Source: a virus
Taxonomy: Duplodnaviria; Caudoviricetes
DNA length: 64,000 bases
Direction: 5' to 3' (one strand)
Virus record (IMG/VR): IMGVR_UViG_3300046819_000361
The first letter of the stretch is position 1. Each line of letters starts with the position of its first letter. The notes beneath the pieces were generated by a model that was not told the origin of the DNA, did no database searches, and saw nothing but the letters and a program-made list of their open reading frames with translations. This document shows positions 39,801-48,755 of this stretch, one piece after another. The position numbers and the translations under genes are program-made.

Positions 39801-42800
39801 AAATAATTTAATAATGGCGGTTTCAACCACCAATGGTGAAATTTATGTCTATGATGTCATTAGACGGTTGTCTCAAGTAATTTCTAGACCATTCATATCA
39901 CATAATGATATTAATAAACTTATCACATTTGGATCTACTATTGCTGTTTCTGATGATGGTCAATGGTTAGTTATTGGTTCACCGATGGTTGGTCAAGCTG
40001 CATCTATTGATAATCAACAAGAACCATCGGTTGACAATCATGTAGTTATGAAGTCATTTGTCAATTCTTCATATTCAAATCAAGGTGTTGTTTCAATATA
40101 TGGTAAAGATGTACGTGGGAAATATTATATTAAAAATACATTCACAAGCCCAGAACCTTCTGACAATGAATATTTTGGTTCTGCGATAGAATTTAGCGGT
40201 AATACATTATATGTTGGTGCAGCTGGTAATTCTAATAAAGCTGGTAAAGTATATTCTTTGAATTATAATGCAACAGTACATGTGGAAACATCATTTAATG
40301 TAATTGGAAATAACGAAACTAGTATTAAAGTTGCAAGTACTGACGGTATTGAATTTGGTATGTATATTGTTGGAACTGGATTTAATAGTAATCAATATGT
40401 GTCGTCTGTTGATATTGATGGATATTCATTGACTATTAGTGCACCACCTGATACACAACCGAGTGGCATTTTGCAATTTGTAACTTATGGATGGGAACAT
40501 TCAAATGTTAATTATTCTGTACCAAATACATCTAATTTTGGGTCATCTATTATAGCTACAGAAGATACCACAACAATAGTAATTGCATCTAACGGTAACG
40601 TGTATGTCTATAAAAATAATACGTTGTTTCAGACAATAACAAAACCTTCTCCATCGTTTGGACGAAGCATAGCTGTATCAGACACTGGTGAATATATTGC
40701 CATATCTGATATGTTAGCATTAGATGAATTTGTGCACGAGGGAAGTGTTTACATTTATAAATTACAAGGGAATTCATATGTAGAATATCAAAAAATTCTG
40801 AATAGATCTCCGGTGGTAAATGAACAATTCGGGACAAACATAGCTTTTATGAATGATTATGCAACATTGGTAATATATAGTGGTGATACTGATAATCCAT
40901 ATGGCAGAGTTGAAATTTATGATCGATATGCATCAGAGTGGATTTATGCGGAACGTCTTTCACCTCTAACCTTCCAAGCTGGAAAATTTATTGCAGGTAA
41001 TTCATATACTATCATATCAGTTGGTTCTACAGATTTTACTGCAATTGGCGCATATAGTAATTTAGTTGGTGAATCATTTGTTGCAACTGGATCTGGCTCG
41101 GGTTCCGGCGTGGCATCATTGTATTTGGGAAATACATCCATTAAACAAGCTGGGTCATTTGATAAAGGAAATACTTATACTATTGTTTCAATTGGTAATA
41201 CTGATTTTACGGCAATCGGGGCAGCAAGTAATACGGTGGGTACTGTTTTTATTGCATCTGATATTGGGTCTGGAACAGGTACTGCTTCTTTTAATCTAGG
41301 ATTTGCAGTTTCAACAAATAGAATTGCAATAGGAGAACCTGTTGATGCTGATAAAAAAACGAATACTCAGTTTATCGAATCTGGATTAGTATTTGAATAT
41401 AAAAAACCAACCGACAGTTATAGTTGGATTAAAAAATATTCTGAATTAGACAAACCTGATATTTCAAAAATTAAAAAAGCATTTTTATACAATAAAGTCA
41501 CTAATAAATTTGTAAAATATGTGGATATTATTGACCCAATACAAGGGAAGATTCCTGGACCAGCAGCACAAGAATTAACATACAGAACATTCACTGATCC
41601 AGCGGTGTATTCAGTGGTTGAATCATCGTTGTTGAGTTCAGTTGACTATGATGCAGAATCAGCATGGACTACTGCACAAACTGGTCAATTGTGGTGGGAT
41701 TTGAGAACTACTAAATTTGTTGAATGCTATGACGATGAAATCATGTATAGAGCAAATAACTGGAATACGTTGGCACATGGTGCATCTATTGACATTTATG
41801 AATGGGTTGAATCAGATGTGTTGCCATCTGTGTGGGATATTCAGGCAGATACAGCAACTGGCTTGGCACTTGGTATTAGTGGCACATCTCTATATGGAAA
41901 CACTGTATACAGTATTAGACAAACTTATGACAATATAAGCAAAACCACAAAAAATACCTATTATTTCTGGGTTAAAAATAAAACAACTGTTCCAAATAAT
42001 TCTTCAAGAACTATTTCAAGTGCAAGTATTGCTGGATTGATTACTAATCCTAGTGCATATGGATATCAACACATTTCGATTACTGGTGGTAATTCATTTA
42101 TGATATCCAATATGGCAAGATTATTGAATAAGGATGATATAGTCTTGTCCATTCAGTATTGGTTAGTTGACAATAAGAATTTCAATACTCATTCTCAATG
42201 GCGACTGATAAGCAATGATATTACCACCATTATTCCAGACCGTATTCAAACAAAATGGATTGATAGTTTATGTGGTAGTGATTTGAAGGGTAGATTAGTA
42301 CCAGATACAAGTTTGCCACCTAAATTATTATATGGTGTTGAAAACAGACCACGACAAAGTATGTTCGTGAATCGATTTGAAGCATTAAAACAAATCATTG
42401 AGCATGCTAATTTAGTATTGGAAAAAAATCAAATATCAACTACCAAAGATTTAACAATGCTACAATCATTTGATGCCGCAGCAAACGTTTCTGCAAATTT
42501 ATACGATATTGAAGTTGATACAGAATTAGATTTGACATTTGTAAATTCTAGTATATTTAAAAAACCTGCATTATCCCCATATATCATAGATGGCAAAATT
42601 ATTGGAGTCGAAATTATAAATTCTGGGGTTGGGTATCAAAATTCGCCAATGGTCGAAGTAATTGGATCAGGCGTTGGTGCAATTATATCCACCAATTTAA
42701 ATAGCAAAGGTCAAATCATATCATGTAATATTGTTAATGGCGGATATGGATATACCGATGAAACCAGTTTAATTGTTAGAAATTATGCCGTACTTGTTAA

Positions 42801-45800
42801 TAGTGATGCCGAATCTAATGGATCATGGTGCTTATATTCCTATGATCCAGATAAAGATTTGTTAACTAGAAGCTTGGTTAAATCATACGATACTACCAAA
42901 TATTGGTATTATGTCGATTGGTACCTTTCTGGGTATAGCAAATTTACGGTGATTAATTACATTGTCAATTTAATTGATGATATTCAGCAAATAGGTGTGC
43001 AAGCAGGCGATATTGTAAAAATAAAAACAAATAGTTCTGGTGAATGGACAATAATTAGAATTGATTCAGTTGTTAACTACATACAGTATACCACAGTTGG
43101 AATTCAAAATGGTACTATTCAATTAAGTTCAGGATTATATGAATCAGCACAATATGATTCATCATTCTATGCAAGTGCTGGGTATGACAACTACCCAACT
43201 ACTGAATTAAGAATAATTTTAGAATCATTAAAAAATGATATTTTTGTGGATGATTTATACAGCGAATATTTAAATTTATTTTTTTCAAGTGTTAGATATG
43301 CATTGAGTGAACAAAATTATTTAGATTGGATTTTTAAAACTAGTTTTATAAAAGCTAAACATACGGCAAGTCCGTTGCACCAACCAGTTACATACAGAAA
43401 TGATAACTTATCAGATTTTGAAAAATATGTATCAGAAGTTAAGCCATATAGAACTCAAGTTCGTGAATATATAAGTACATACAATGGATTAGACAACAGT
43501 AATACCATGGTTTCTGATTTCGATTTGCCATCCGTGATAACAGATGGCGTTAATACACCAATTGATATTACCATTGTTGATGGTGAAATTCGATCAGATA
43601 ATGCTGTTGTCAATCAATATCCATGGAAGTCGTGGCTAGATAATGTTGGTTTTCAAATTGTTGATATTCTAATTTCGATACCTGGTAATAATTATGATGA
43701 AGCACCAACAGTACTCATTGAGAGTGATTCTGGATCTGGTGCTACTGCGATTGCAACAGTTGAAGGTGGAAGAGTTACAAATATAACTATTACTAATCCT
43801 GGATCTGGCTATATTACTACTCCACGAGTAGTAATTCAGCAATCTCCTACTGGGGCATCTGCGGTTGCCACTGCTATTCTTGGTAACAGTGTAGTACGAA
43901 CAAGCAAAATCAAGATGAAATTTGATAGAATTAATTATGATTATGTGCTTAATACATTAGAAGAATCTGAAACCTTTATAGGAAATGGGCTTCAAACAAC
44001 GTTCCCACTAAAATGGTCACCAGATATTAGAAATGGATATACTGTAATCAAAATTGACGGAATAGTTATATTCAGTCATCAATTCACAATTTCTAAAGTC
44101 GAAACTCCAGTTGAGTATGAATATTATACTCAACATACCGGCGAGATTGTATTTAATGAAGCACCATTGCTTAATTCTATAATCGAAGTTATGTATACTA
44201 AAGATAGTGAAATATTAACAGAAACCGATAGAATTCAATTCTACTATAATACAAAAGTTGGTGAATTAGGTAAGGAATTGCCACAACTATTGACTGGGAT
44301 CGATTATGCTGGTGTAATAGTTGATGGTATTTCATTTGATATTAATAAAGGTTGGAATAGTCTTGCCTATAACTCTGGTAGATGGAATAGTTATGATCCA
44401 AATTTTACAGATTATACTAAAACAATTTCAGTTGATGATATCACTAATAATACTGATCATGAAATACTGCTCCCATATATTCCAACAATTGGTGAATTGC
44501 TGACCATTTATAAAAACGAAATACGATTGGATGATTTATTATTTTCAACACCTGATCAAATCAATGTTGATGCAATCATGCAAACGCCACAGGTTATGGC
44601 AGAATCAACTGATTCTGTAGTTATTAATCAAGATGGCTCAGTGACTATTGTATTGCCATCATCATTATCTGTAGTAGTAAATGATGTATTTGTTGTACGG
44701 AAATTCGATAGTGATGGATCAGTATCGCCTGATTATGAAGATATTGATACCGTATTACTTGGTGGCAATCTGCCGTATACAACGGCGACTGGATACGCAC
44801 CATCTGATATAATTGTTGATGGAGATGGTTTTGTAACACCAACTACCAGTCCAGCACCAGAGGAATTAATTGCTGGACAATTAATTGATACATTATCAAT
44901 TAAAGTAACACAGCCTGGCATTGGTTATCGTCAATTCAAAGACATGTTGAATAAAACTCGTTATACAGTATTAAATGCTGATAAAAAAACCACTTTAGCT
45001 GCACCATTGCGTTGGTATGATACCGAGATTTATGTAAATGATCCGTCTGTCTTGGACGAACCAAGTCCAGCAAATAATCAACCAGGAGTGATTGAAATTG
45101 GGAGTGAGCGTATTGAATATTTTGTTATTAATAATAATGCACTATCCCAGTTAAGACGAGCTACACTAGGAACTGGAGCAAGAACTGAATATGTGATTGG
45201 AACAGATGTTCAAAATATAGGATATAGTCAAGAAATTATATATTCTGATAATACAATTACAAAAACAATTATTGTTTCTGACGATTCAAATTTAATTGAT
45301 TTAGATTTCATTCCACGAAAGTCGTTATTTGACCGTGATATATGGGCAAATGATCCATTCAGACCAAGCACATTTGAAACATCTATTCCACCGGAATATG
45401 GACAGACCAATGATATTGAATTATTTGTCGGTGGATATACTCATACGCAATGGGAAAGCGATACAATTTATTATACTGATCAAATCATTACTCATAATGG
45501 ATTTTTATATAGAATTAATGCAAAACATTTATCTGGTGAAGGATTTGAAGAACAGGTATCATTATTAGATTTGAATGATGATGTTATTGAGGAGAACGTG
45601 CCGTATAATACTGTTTATTCCATTTTTGATATATCTTCTAATACTGCATGGATGGTAAATACGATATATGATGTAAATCAAATAGTTTACCATAATAGCC
45701 AGCTTTATAGAATAAAATCAAGACATCGTTCTGGGTCTACATTTGAAAGTGACGTTACTACATTGGCATTGGATGAAACCGTTATTAGTGAAGGTGTAAA

Positions 45801-46038
45801 AGCATCGGCAGTTCGTGAGATTTGTGGAAATCAATCTAGATTGAAAAAATCACCATATATTATGCATGATCAAAATGTGTCATTATATAGCCCAACCGGT
45901 GATGTGTACTTTGATGCAGATTTTTCAGTAGATGGGGTTAATAAACAAGTTAGATTAACCCATAAACTACCAGTTGGTACAATTATTACCATTGTGAAAC
46001 AAACTGGGGTTGAATGGAATAATCAATATACGATTTAA
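33838..46038 (+). CDS. Giant (4066 aa) baseplate/virion structural protein
   Basis: Uninterrupted 12.2-kb ORF after gp6; propeller-like FG...A.S repeats, CBM-like motifs, G.GY...P.V repeats, KPYRTQVRE. Confidence 0.8.
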   Translation: MANSVNSKSTNISASLLPGIYRTDTNKKFLQATVEQLTQRGTVSKINGYIGRQNAKATNGNDVFIEAADPTRQNYQLEPSMVINDQQGNNIFFKDYQDYINQLSVFGSNVSNHSRLNKSEIYSWDPQIDWDKFVNFQQYHWLPEGPSVITIDDAVENIIGQQSYNITSSVLLSNGMLIRLSDNIEYYVEGVGTSIKLIEFSVFSEYSSSEHDYVVINRASVEQSPWVLGNNWVHADVIKTSLQLNGLIPDIDNSTRAKRPIIEFNANLGLYNYGYNRIDNVDFYDTLTTDAFSTVEGSTGYYIDKVGLKPGDRVIFSVDTDATVRNNVYEIKLVKSKIHLRLVHTATMHDVVKIKNGIENSISTIVNKQLWFDGMSWQIAQKKTSLHQSPLFDVFDENGNSFGDNSVYLGTTFVGNKIFSYAAGTNGSVDPVLGFILTYKPINNIGDIIFNFNFATDTFKYSESSAVKTYSVSSGFLKKIANDGSATYSSGWKKCELSNTQAAVRIYKNLNIVNDFNLDIYDDINQLTDLEIRIYVNGVRLNKTNGTINNWSIIDGPLYKKIRFNTDLLLTDILTVRSFSKQPINTNGYYELPLNLQNNPQNQSIGSMALSEVLDHVDSIVDNLGTQFVGEIPGYNNLRDLPNISSYGTKFVKHGCPFELSLFHITSSSTNVIRALEKAREDYNKFKRTFISVAETLGIDTDVKTHVDMILTHINKNTPVTSPYYFSDMVPYGPSIKTEFEVIDYRITQYPMTTIFTLNELSNKAVGVYVNNAQLIYGSDYIFNSQGFVDIKSSLNTGDVVTIYEYENTDGCFIPETLTKLGIWPKYVPSIYEDTTLINPVNMIQGHDGSMVLAYDDYRDALLLELETRIYNNIKIEYDPTIFDINDIIPRYGVENDYSLAEFNSILESSFYKWTSLIDVDFTKVIGYDSTNPYTFNYYGYSTPDNKSVPGYWRGIYKWLYGTDRPNICPWEMLGLTIKPEWWENTYGVAPYTSDNLVMWDDIGNGLLKTPGSEKVISKYIRTYLTNHLPVDNIGELVNPLATGLLSGIVSNDTKNNFVFGDVSPVESAWRRSSYFPFSVLITSILLTPTNTIGVTLDRSRILRNVVGELIYKDTKHATSSKDIILPSVYSSETTVRTSGIINYIVNYIVSSDLTTYDQYIYDLSNIGFVLSYRVGAFTSKEKFKLLLDSSSPLITGSVFVPQEDYSIILNSSSPTKKITYSGVIITNSINGYSVKGYSNTQPYFTYYPWISSGSVVNVGGISESYVIWTENQQYTIGQVIKVGNSYYRVVTGFRSTSIFDNSNLQLLSGLPIVGGRDAFFRKAWDRDNPITIPYNTSFDTEQQVVDFILGYGEWLSDQGFVFDEFNNELNQVVNWRTSAKEFLFWTTQNWSTGKDLWTEWVPNTSYPINSIVQYFGNYYSAIQNIPSSPTFDYDLYEPMYGLSSVGSSVISLSPAADKITFSTNINVVDDIANQFNDYEIFRVDGQPISPTELSSSRDNNLVSYSPRNDNGIYSASFYLVQKEHVVLLNNTTLFKDLIYDPISGYKQNRIKISAHVSTNWYGGLDLPGFIFDEATILTWEPWKSYALGDIVQYQSLYYSADSFITGSELFNTAEWNILSAKPATKILPNWTNVATQFVEFYSMDIESFNNSQQNLAQHLIGYQKRQYLENIIKDDISEFKFYQGMIIDKGTQNVFNKLFDATAGSLKFYEEWAIREGQYGSSSAFDEIEFTLNQSDIINNPQWYNLTNKKDPLLSDYVHQITPDEVYLRPIGYDSNPWVTVTGNNRVLRTPGFVRETDVLATVSDLSGLLSHNIELFDEGSYVWCTFENTSWNVYRFTNTNLSVIDAMTDNAAEYLTIICSTPITEFVIGDYIGIKGIDKFSKFFKVISVSDDTLVVAASGVKIIQPFEQQSTAIIYKFVSHRISSINNAPSILPTVLKPNELIWSDDDGNGKWASWQHSAIYSGTMISNPYKDTKSNFGRAIAYSKNNLIMAVSTTNGEIYVYDVIRRLSQVISRPFISHNDINKLITFGSTIAVSDDGQWLVIGSPMVGQAASIDNQQEPSVDNHVVMKSFVNSSYSNQGVVSIYGKDVRGKYYIKNTFTSPEPSDNEYFGSAIEFSGNTLYVGAAGNSNKAGKVYSLNYNATVHVETSFNVIGNNETSIKVASTDGIEFGMYIVGTGFNSNQYVSSVDIDGYSLTISAPPDTQPSGILQFVTYGWEHSNVNYSVPNTSNFGSSIIATEDTTTIVIASNGNVYVYKNNTLFQTITKPSPSFGRSIAVSDTGEYIAISDMLALDEFVHEGSVYIYKLQGNSYVEYQKILNRSPVVNEQFGTNIAFMNDYATLVIYSGDTDNPYGRVEIYDRYASEWIYAERLSPLTFQAGKFIAGNSYTIISVGSTDFTAIGAYSNLVGESFVATGSGSGSGVASLYLGNTSIKQAGSFDKGNTYTIVSIGNTDFTAIGAASNTVGTVFIASDIGSGTGTASFNLGFAVSTNRIAIGEPVDADKKTNTQFIESGLVFEYKKPTDSYSWIKKYSELDKPDISKIKKAFLYNKVTNKFVKYVDIIDPIQGKIPGPAAQELTYRTFTDPAVYSVVESSLLSSVDYDAESAWTTAQTGQLWWDLRTTKFVECYDDEIMYRANNWNTLAHGASIDIYEWVESDVLPSVWDIQADTATGLALGISGTSLYGNTVYSIRQTYDNISKTTKNTYYFWVKNKTTVPNNSSRTISSASIAGLITNPSAYGYQHISITGGNSFMISNMARLLNKDDIVLSIQYWLVDNKNFNTHSQWRLISNDITTIIPDRIQTKWIDSLCGSDLKGRLVPDTSLPPKLLYGVENRPRQSMFVNRFEALKQIIEHANLVLEKNQISTTKDLTMLQSFDAAANVSANLYDIEVDTELDLTFVNSSIFKKPALSPYIIDGKIIGVEIINSGVGYQNSPMVEVIGSGVGAIISTNLNSKGQIISCNIVNGGYGYTDETSLIVRNYAVLVNSDAESNGSWCLYSYDPDKDLLTRSLVKSYDTTKYWYYVDWYLSGYSKFTVINYIVNLIDDIQQIGVQAGDIVKIKTNSSGEWTIIRIDSVVNYIQYTTVGIQNGTIQLSSGLYESAQYDSSFYASAGYDNYPTTELRIILESLKNDIFVDDLYSEYLNLFFSSVRYALSEQNYLDWIFKTSFIKAKHTASPLHQPVTYRNDNLSDFEKYVSEVKPYRTQVREYISTYNGLDNSNTMVSDFDLPSVITDGVNTPIDITIVDGEIRSDNAVVNQYPWKSWLDNVGFQIVDILISIPGNNYDEAPTVLIESDSGSGATAIATVEGGRVTNITITNPGSGYITTPRVVIQQSPTGASAVATAILGNSVVRTSKIKMKFDRINYDYVLNTLEESETFIGNGLQTTFPLKWSPDIRNGYTVIKIDGIVIFSHQFTISKVETPVEYEYYTQHTGEIVFNEAPLLNSIIEVMYTKDSEILTETDRIQFYYNTKVGELGKELPQLLTGIDYAGVIVDGISFDINKGWNSLAYNSGRWNSYDPNFTDYTKTISVDDITNNTDHEILLPYIPTIGELLTIYKNEIRLDDLLFSTPDQINVDAIMQTPQVMAESTDSVVINQDGSVTIVLPSSLSVVVNDVFVVRKFDSDGSVSPDYEDIDTVLLGGNLPYTTATGYAPSDIIVDGDGFVTPTTSPAPEELIAGQLIDTLSIKVTQPGIGYRQFKDMLNKTRYTVLNADKKTTLAAPLRWYDTEIYVNDPSVLDEPSPANNQPGVIEIGSERIEYFVINNNALSQLRRATLGTGARTEYVIGTDVQNIGYSQEIIYSDNTITKTIIVSDDSNLIDLDFIPRKSLFDRDIWANDPFRPSTFETSIPPEYGQTNDIELFVGGYTHTQWESDTIYYTDQIITHNGFLYRINAKHLSGEGFEEQVSLLDLNDDVIEENVPYNTVYSIFDISSNTAWMVNTIYDVNQIVYHNSQLYRIKSRHRSGSTFESDVTTLALDETVISEGVKASAVREICGNQSRLKKSPYIMHDQNVSLYSPTGDVYFDADFSVDGVNKQVRLTHKLPVGTIITIVKQTGVEWNNQYTI

Positions 46039-46064
46039 TCAACTACAGTAATATTAATCATAAA

Positions 46065-46093
46065 AATACCCAATGATATTATCATTGGGTATT
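46065..46093 (+). terminator. Stem-loop after the giant gene
   Basis: AATACCCAATGAT-ATT-ATCATTGGGTATT; late promoter TAAATA follows at 46118-46123. Confidence 0.6.
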
Positions 46094-46143
46094 AAATTAG
46101 TAGTTAATGATTATTGATAAATACATTAATATGAGAGATTACT

Positions 46144-46740
46144 ATGCAAAGTAAAGAAAGAACTGGAATTCAACTTGAAGGACATATAAAAATTTGGGAT
46201 CCTACTACAACTGAAGTGTTTGTAGATAAACGTAATGCAATTCATTATGAAAATTTTAGTATTGCACTAGCAAATTCAGTTGCGAATAAAAATAAAGATT
46301 TTGTATATCAAATGGCATTTGGTAATGGTGGAACTTTTGTTGATCCAACCGGTATTATTACATATTTAACTCCAAACAGTTTTGGTTCAAATGCTAGTTT
46401 ATATAATGAAACATATACCAAGGTAGTTGATGATACATCTGAAAACAATTTAGATAGATCTAGAAATTATATTGAAGTATTACATACAACTGGTAATAAT
46501 TATTCTGATATACTTGTTACTTGTTTGCTGGATTATAGTGAACCGTATGGTCAAAGTGGTACGGACACACCAAATGGCGAACAAGCGTATATTTTTGATG
46601 AGTTGGGTCTTCAAAGTTATGATCCACACGGTAATCCATTGTTATTGACTCATGTTATATTTCATCCAGTTCAAAAATCATTAAATCGTTTAGTTCAAGT
46701 TGATTATACTGTAAGAATACAGAGCTTATCTGGAGTTTAA
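46144..46740 (+). CDS. Conserved virion/baseplate protein
   Basis: GHIKIWDP, NAIHYEN, FDELGL, HVIFHPVQKSLNR. Confidence 0.7.
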   Translation: MQSKERTGIQLEGHIKIWDPTTTEVFVDKRNAIHYENFSIALANSVANKNKDFVYQMAFGNGGTFVDPTGIITYLTPNSFGSNASLYNETYTKVVDDTSENNLDRSRNYIEVLHTTGNNYSDILVTCLLDYSEPYGQSGTDTPNGEQAYIFDELGLQSYDPHGNPLLLTHVIFHPVQKSLNRLVQVDYTVRIQSLSGV

Positions 46741-46742
46741 TC

Positions 46743-48755
46743 ATGGGATATCAAATTAGATTTACGGAAAACAACAATTCGAATAAAAGAGCAATTACTG
46801 TTGATGATAAAACAATCAATACTGAAACAAGTTTGAATTTAGTTGGTAATAATTATCCGAATTATGCATCGTATATCGGTAGTGATTTATTGCATATTTT
46901 AGAAAATTTTGCAAATCCAACCTCCCCTCCTAATCCAGTACAGGGACAATTGTGGTATGACAATGTAAACAATCAATTGATGGTAAATAGTGACGCAACA
47001 GAAACTAATTGGATTTCGGCTGGCTCAGTTATTAAGTCAGCATCACAACCATCCACCGCACGAAGTGGTGATTTATGGGTGGATAATATTAGACAGCAAT
47101 TGTTTTTGTATACTGGAACTGCTTGGTTATTAGTTGGTCCACAGTATAGTCAAGATACGTTGACTGGGCAAGTCATTGAAACCATTTATGATAATACTGA
47201 TAATTTGCGTGGTATTATTTCTGTTTACTCAGAAAATAATAGAGTTGCTATTATAAGTTCTGAAACATTTACTCCAAAATTGGCTATCCCGGGATTTTCT
47301 ACAGTACATGCTGGATTTACCTTGATTAATACGGACTCAGACAATACTGCATTAACTGGACAAACTTTATCGACACATAGATATTATGGAACATCAACTA
47401 ATAGTGAACGTTTGGGTGGTGATTTAGCTTCTAGTTATGTGTTGGCTACATCAAATTTAGTATCTTTTATTGGGGCAGTAAAAGCTTCACAAATTTCGGT
47501 TGGTAGTGATAGAAATTTATCAATTAGTGATGATCCATCATCACCTGATACCACCTATTTGATATCTACTAATACTAGCACTTCTAAAAAAATAGAAGTG
47601 AAAATGAATTCTAATACTATTTTATCTCTCTCCCCGAATGGCAGAGTTGGAATAGGAACAAAAACTCCATCTACCGAATTAGATGTGAATGGAACAACAA
47701 CATCTAATAAATTGATAGTAGATGGTACAAATGATGTTGTATATACTGGTGCACAAACGGCAAGTACACAATTAAGTGGGGGGTTGTATCTAGCTAAAAG
47801 TTTATTATTAGGTGGAAATATTACTGTAAATTCTGGCACTATTACATTGGCTAATAGTTCTACTAATGTGGTAATTACACCTAAATTAACAAATGTATAT
47901 GATATAGGATCATCAGATGCTCGCTTTAGGAATATTTATTCACAATTTTATTATGGAAATCTTGAAGGTAATGTAATAGGAAATTTAGCCGGTAACGTAT
48001 CTGGTGATGTGTCTGGTAATGCAGGATCATTAAGAACATCTGCCACCTTCAATTTGATAGGTGATTTAACTAGTAATAGTATAGTATATAATGGTACTCA
48101 AACTTCAATGGTATTTACCTCTATATTGAGTGATACATCAATTGCATCGAAACCAGAATTGGCTGCTATTCCTAATTCTAATATAATACCAACTGCAAAT
48201 ACAGATAAAATTCTAGTATATAGATCGCAGGGTGAAGAATCAGCAACATTCACAGGTTATATCTCTGGAACTACATTACATGTAGTATCAGTTACGTCTG
48301 GTGAAATAACAGTTGGTGCAACAATAAGTGGAACTGGTGTATTAACAGCGACAAAAATACTCAGTGGTTCTGGATCAGTATGGATTGTCAATAATTTACA
48401 ATTAACTGGTTCACTTCAAAGTCCAATATCAATCACTGCTAGATCAAAAATATTTAAAACAACAAAAGATACCTTATTGTCAGATGTTCCAACTGTGAAA
48501 CCTGGATCAATTATATTGCATTCATTACATCCAGTCGGTGATGTAAAATATCCTAATGGAATACCAGAGGGGTATTTATTATGTGATGGAACTGAATATT
48601 ATCAATCACATTATCCAGATTTATTTGAAGCATTGGGTGCGGCATCTGCTGCTGGTGTTACAATTGATAAATTTGTTGTACCAAATATTGAGGCACCGCA
48701 ATCATTTGGCAATATGATTGTATTAGCATACATTATTTACACAGGAAAAATATAA
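46743..48755 (+). CDS. Tail fibre/short-fibre-like protein with a C-terminal collar domain
   Basis: LENFAN...P..GQLWYD N-terminus; GRVGIGT; PEGYLLCDG...YPDLFEALG collar motif. Confidence 0.75.
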   Translation: MGYQIRFTENNNSNKRAITVDDKTINTETSLNLVGNNYPNYASYIGSDLLHILENFANPTSPPNPVQGQLWYDNVNNQLMVNSDATETNWISAGSVIKSASQPSTARSGDLWVDNIRQQLFLYTGTAWLLVGPQYSQDTLTGQVIETIYDNTDNLRGIISVYSENNRVAIISSETFTPKLAIPGFSTVHAGFTLINTDSDNTALTGQTLSTHRYYGTSTNSERLGGDLASSYVLATSNLVSFIGAVKASQISVGSDRNLSISDDPSSPDTTYLISTNTSTSKKIEVKMNSNTILSLSPNGRVGIGTKTPSTELDVNGTTTSNKLIVDGTNDVVYTGAQTASTQLSGGLYLAKSLLLGGNITVNSGTITLANSSTNVVITPKLTNVYDIGSSDARFRNIYSQFYYGNLEGNVIGNLAGNVSGDVSGNAGSLRTSATFNLIGDLTSNSIVYNGTQTSMVFTSILSDTSIASKPELAAIPNSNIIPTANTDKILVYRSQGEESATFTGYISGTTLHVVSVTSGEITVGATISGTGVLTATKILSGSGSVWIVNNLQLTGSLQSPISITARSKIFKTTKDTLLSDVPTVKPGSIILHSLHPVGDVKYPNGIPEGYLLCDGTEYYQSHYPDLFEALGAASAAGVTIDKFVVPNIEAPQSFGNMIVLAYIIYTGKI

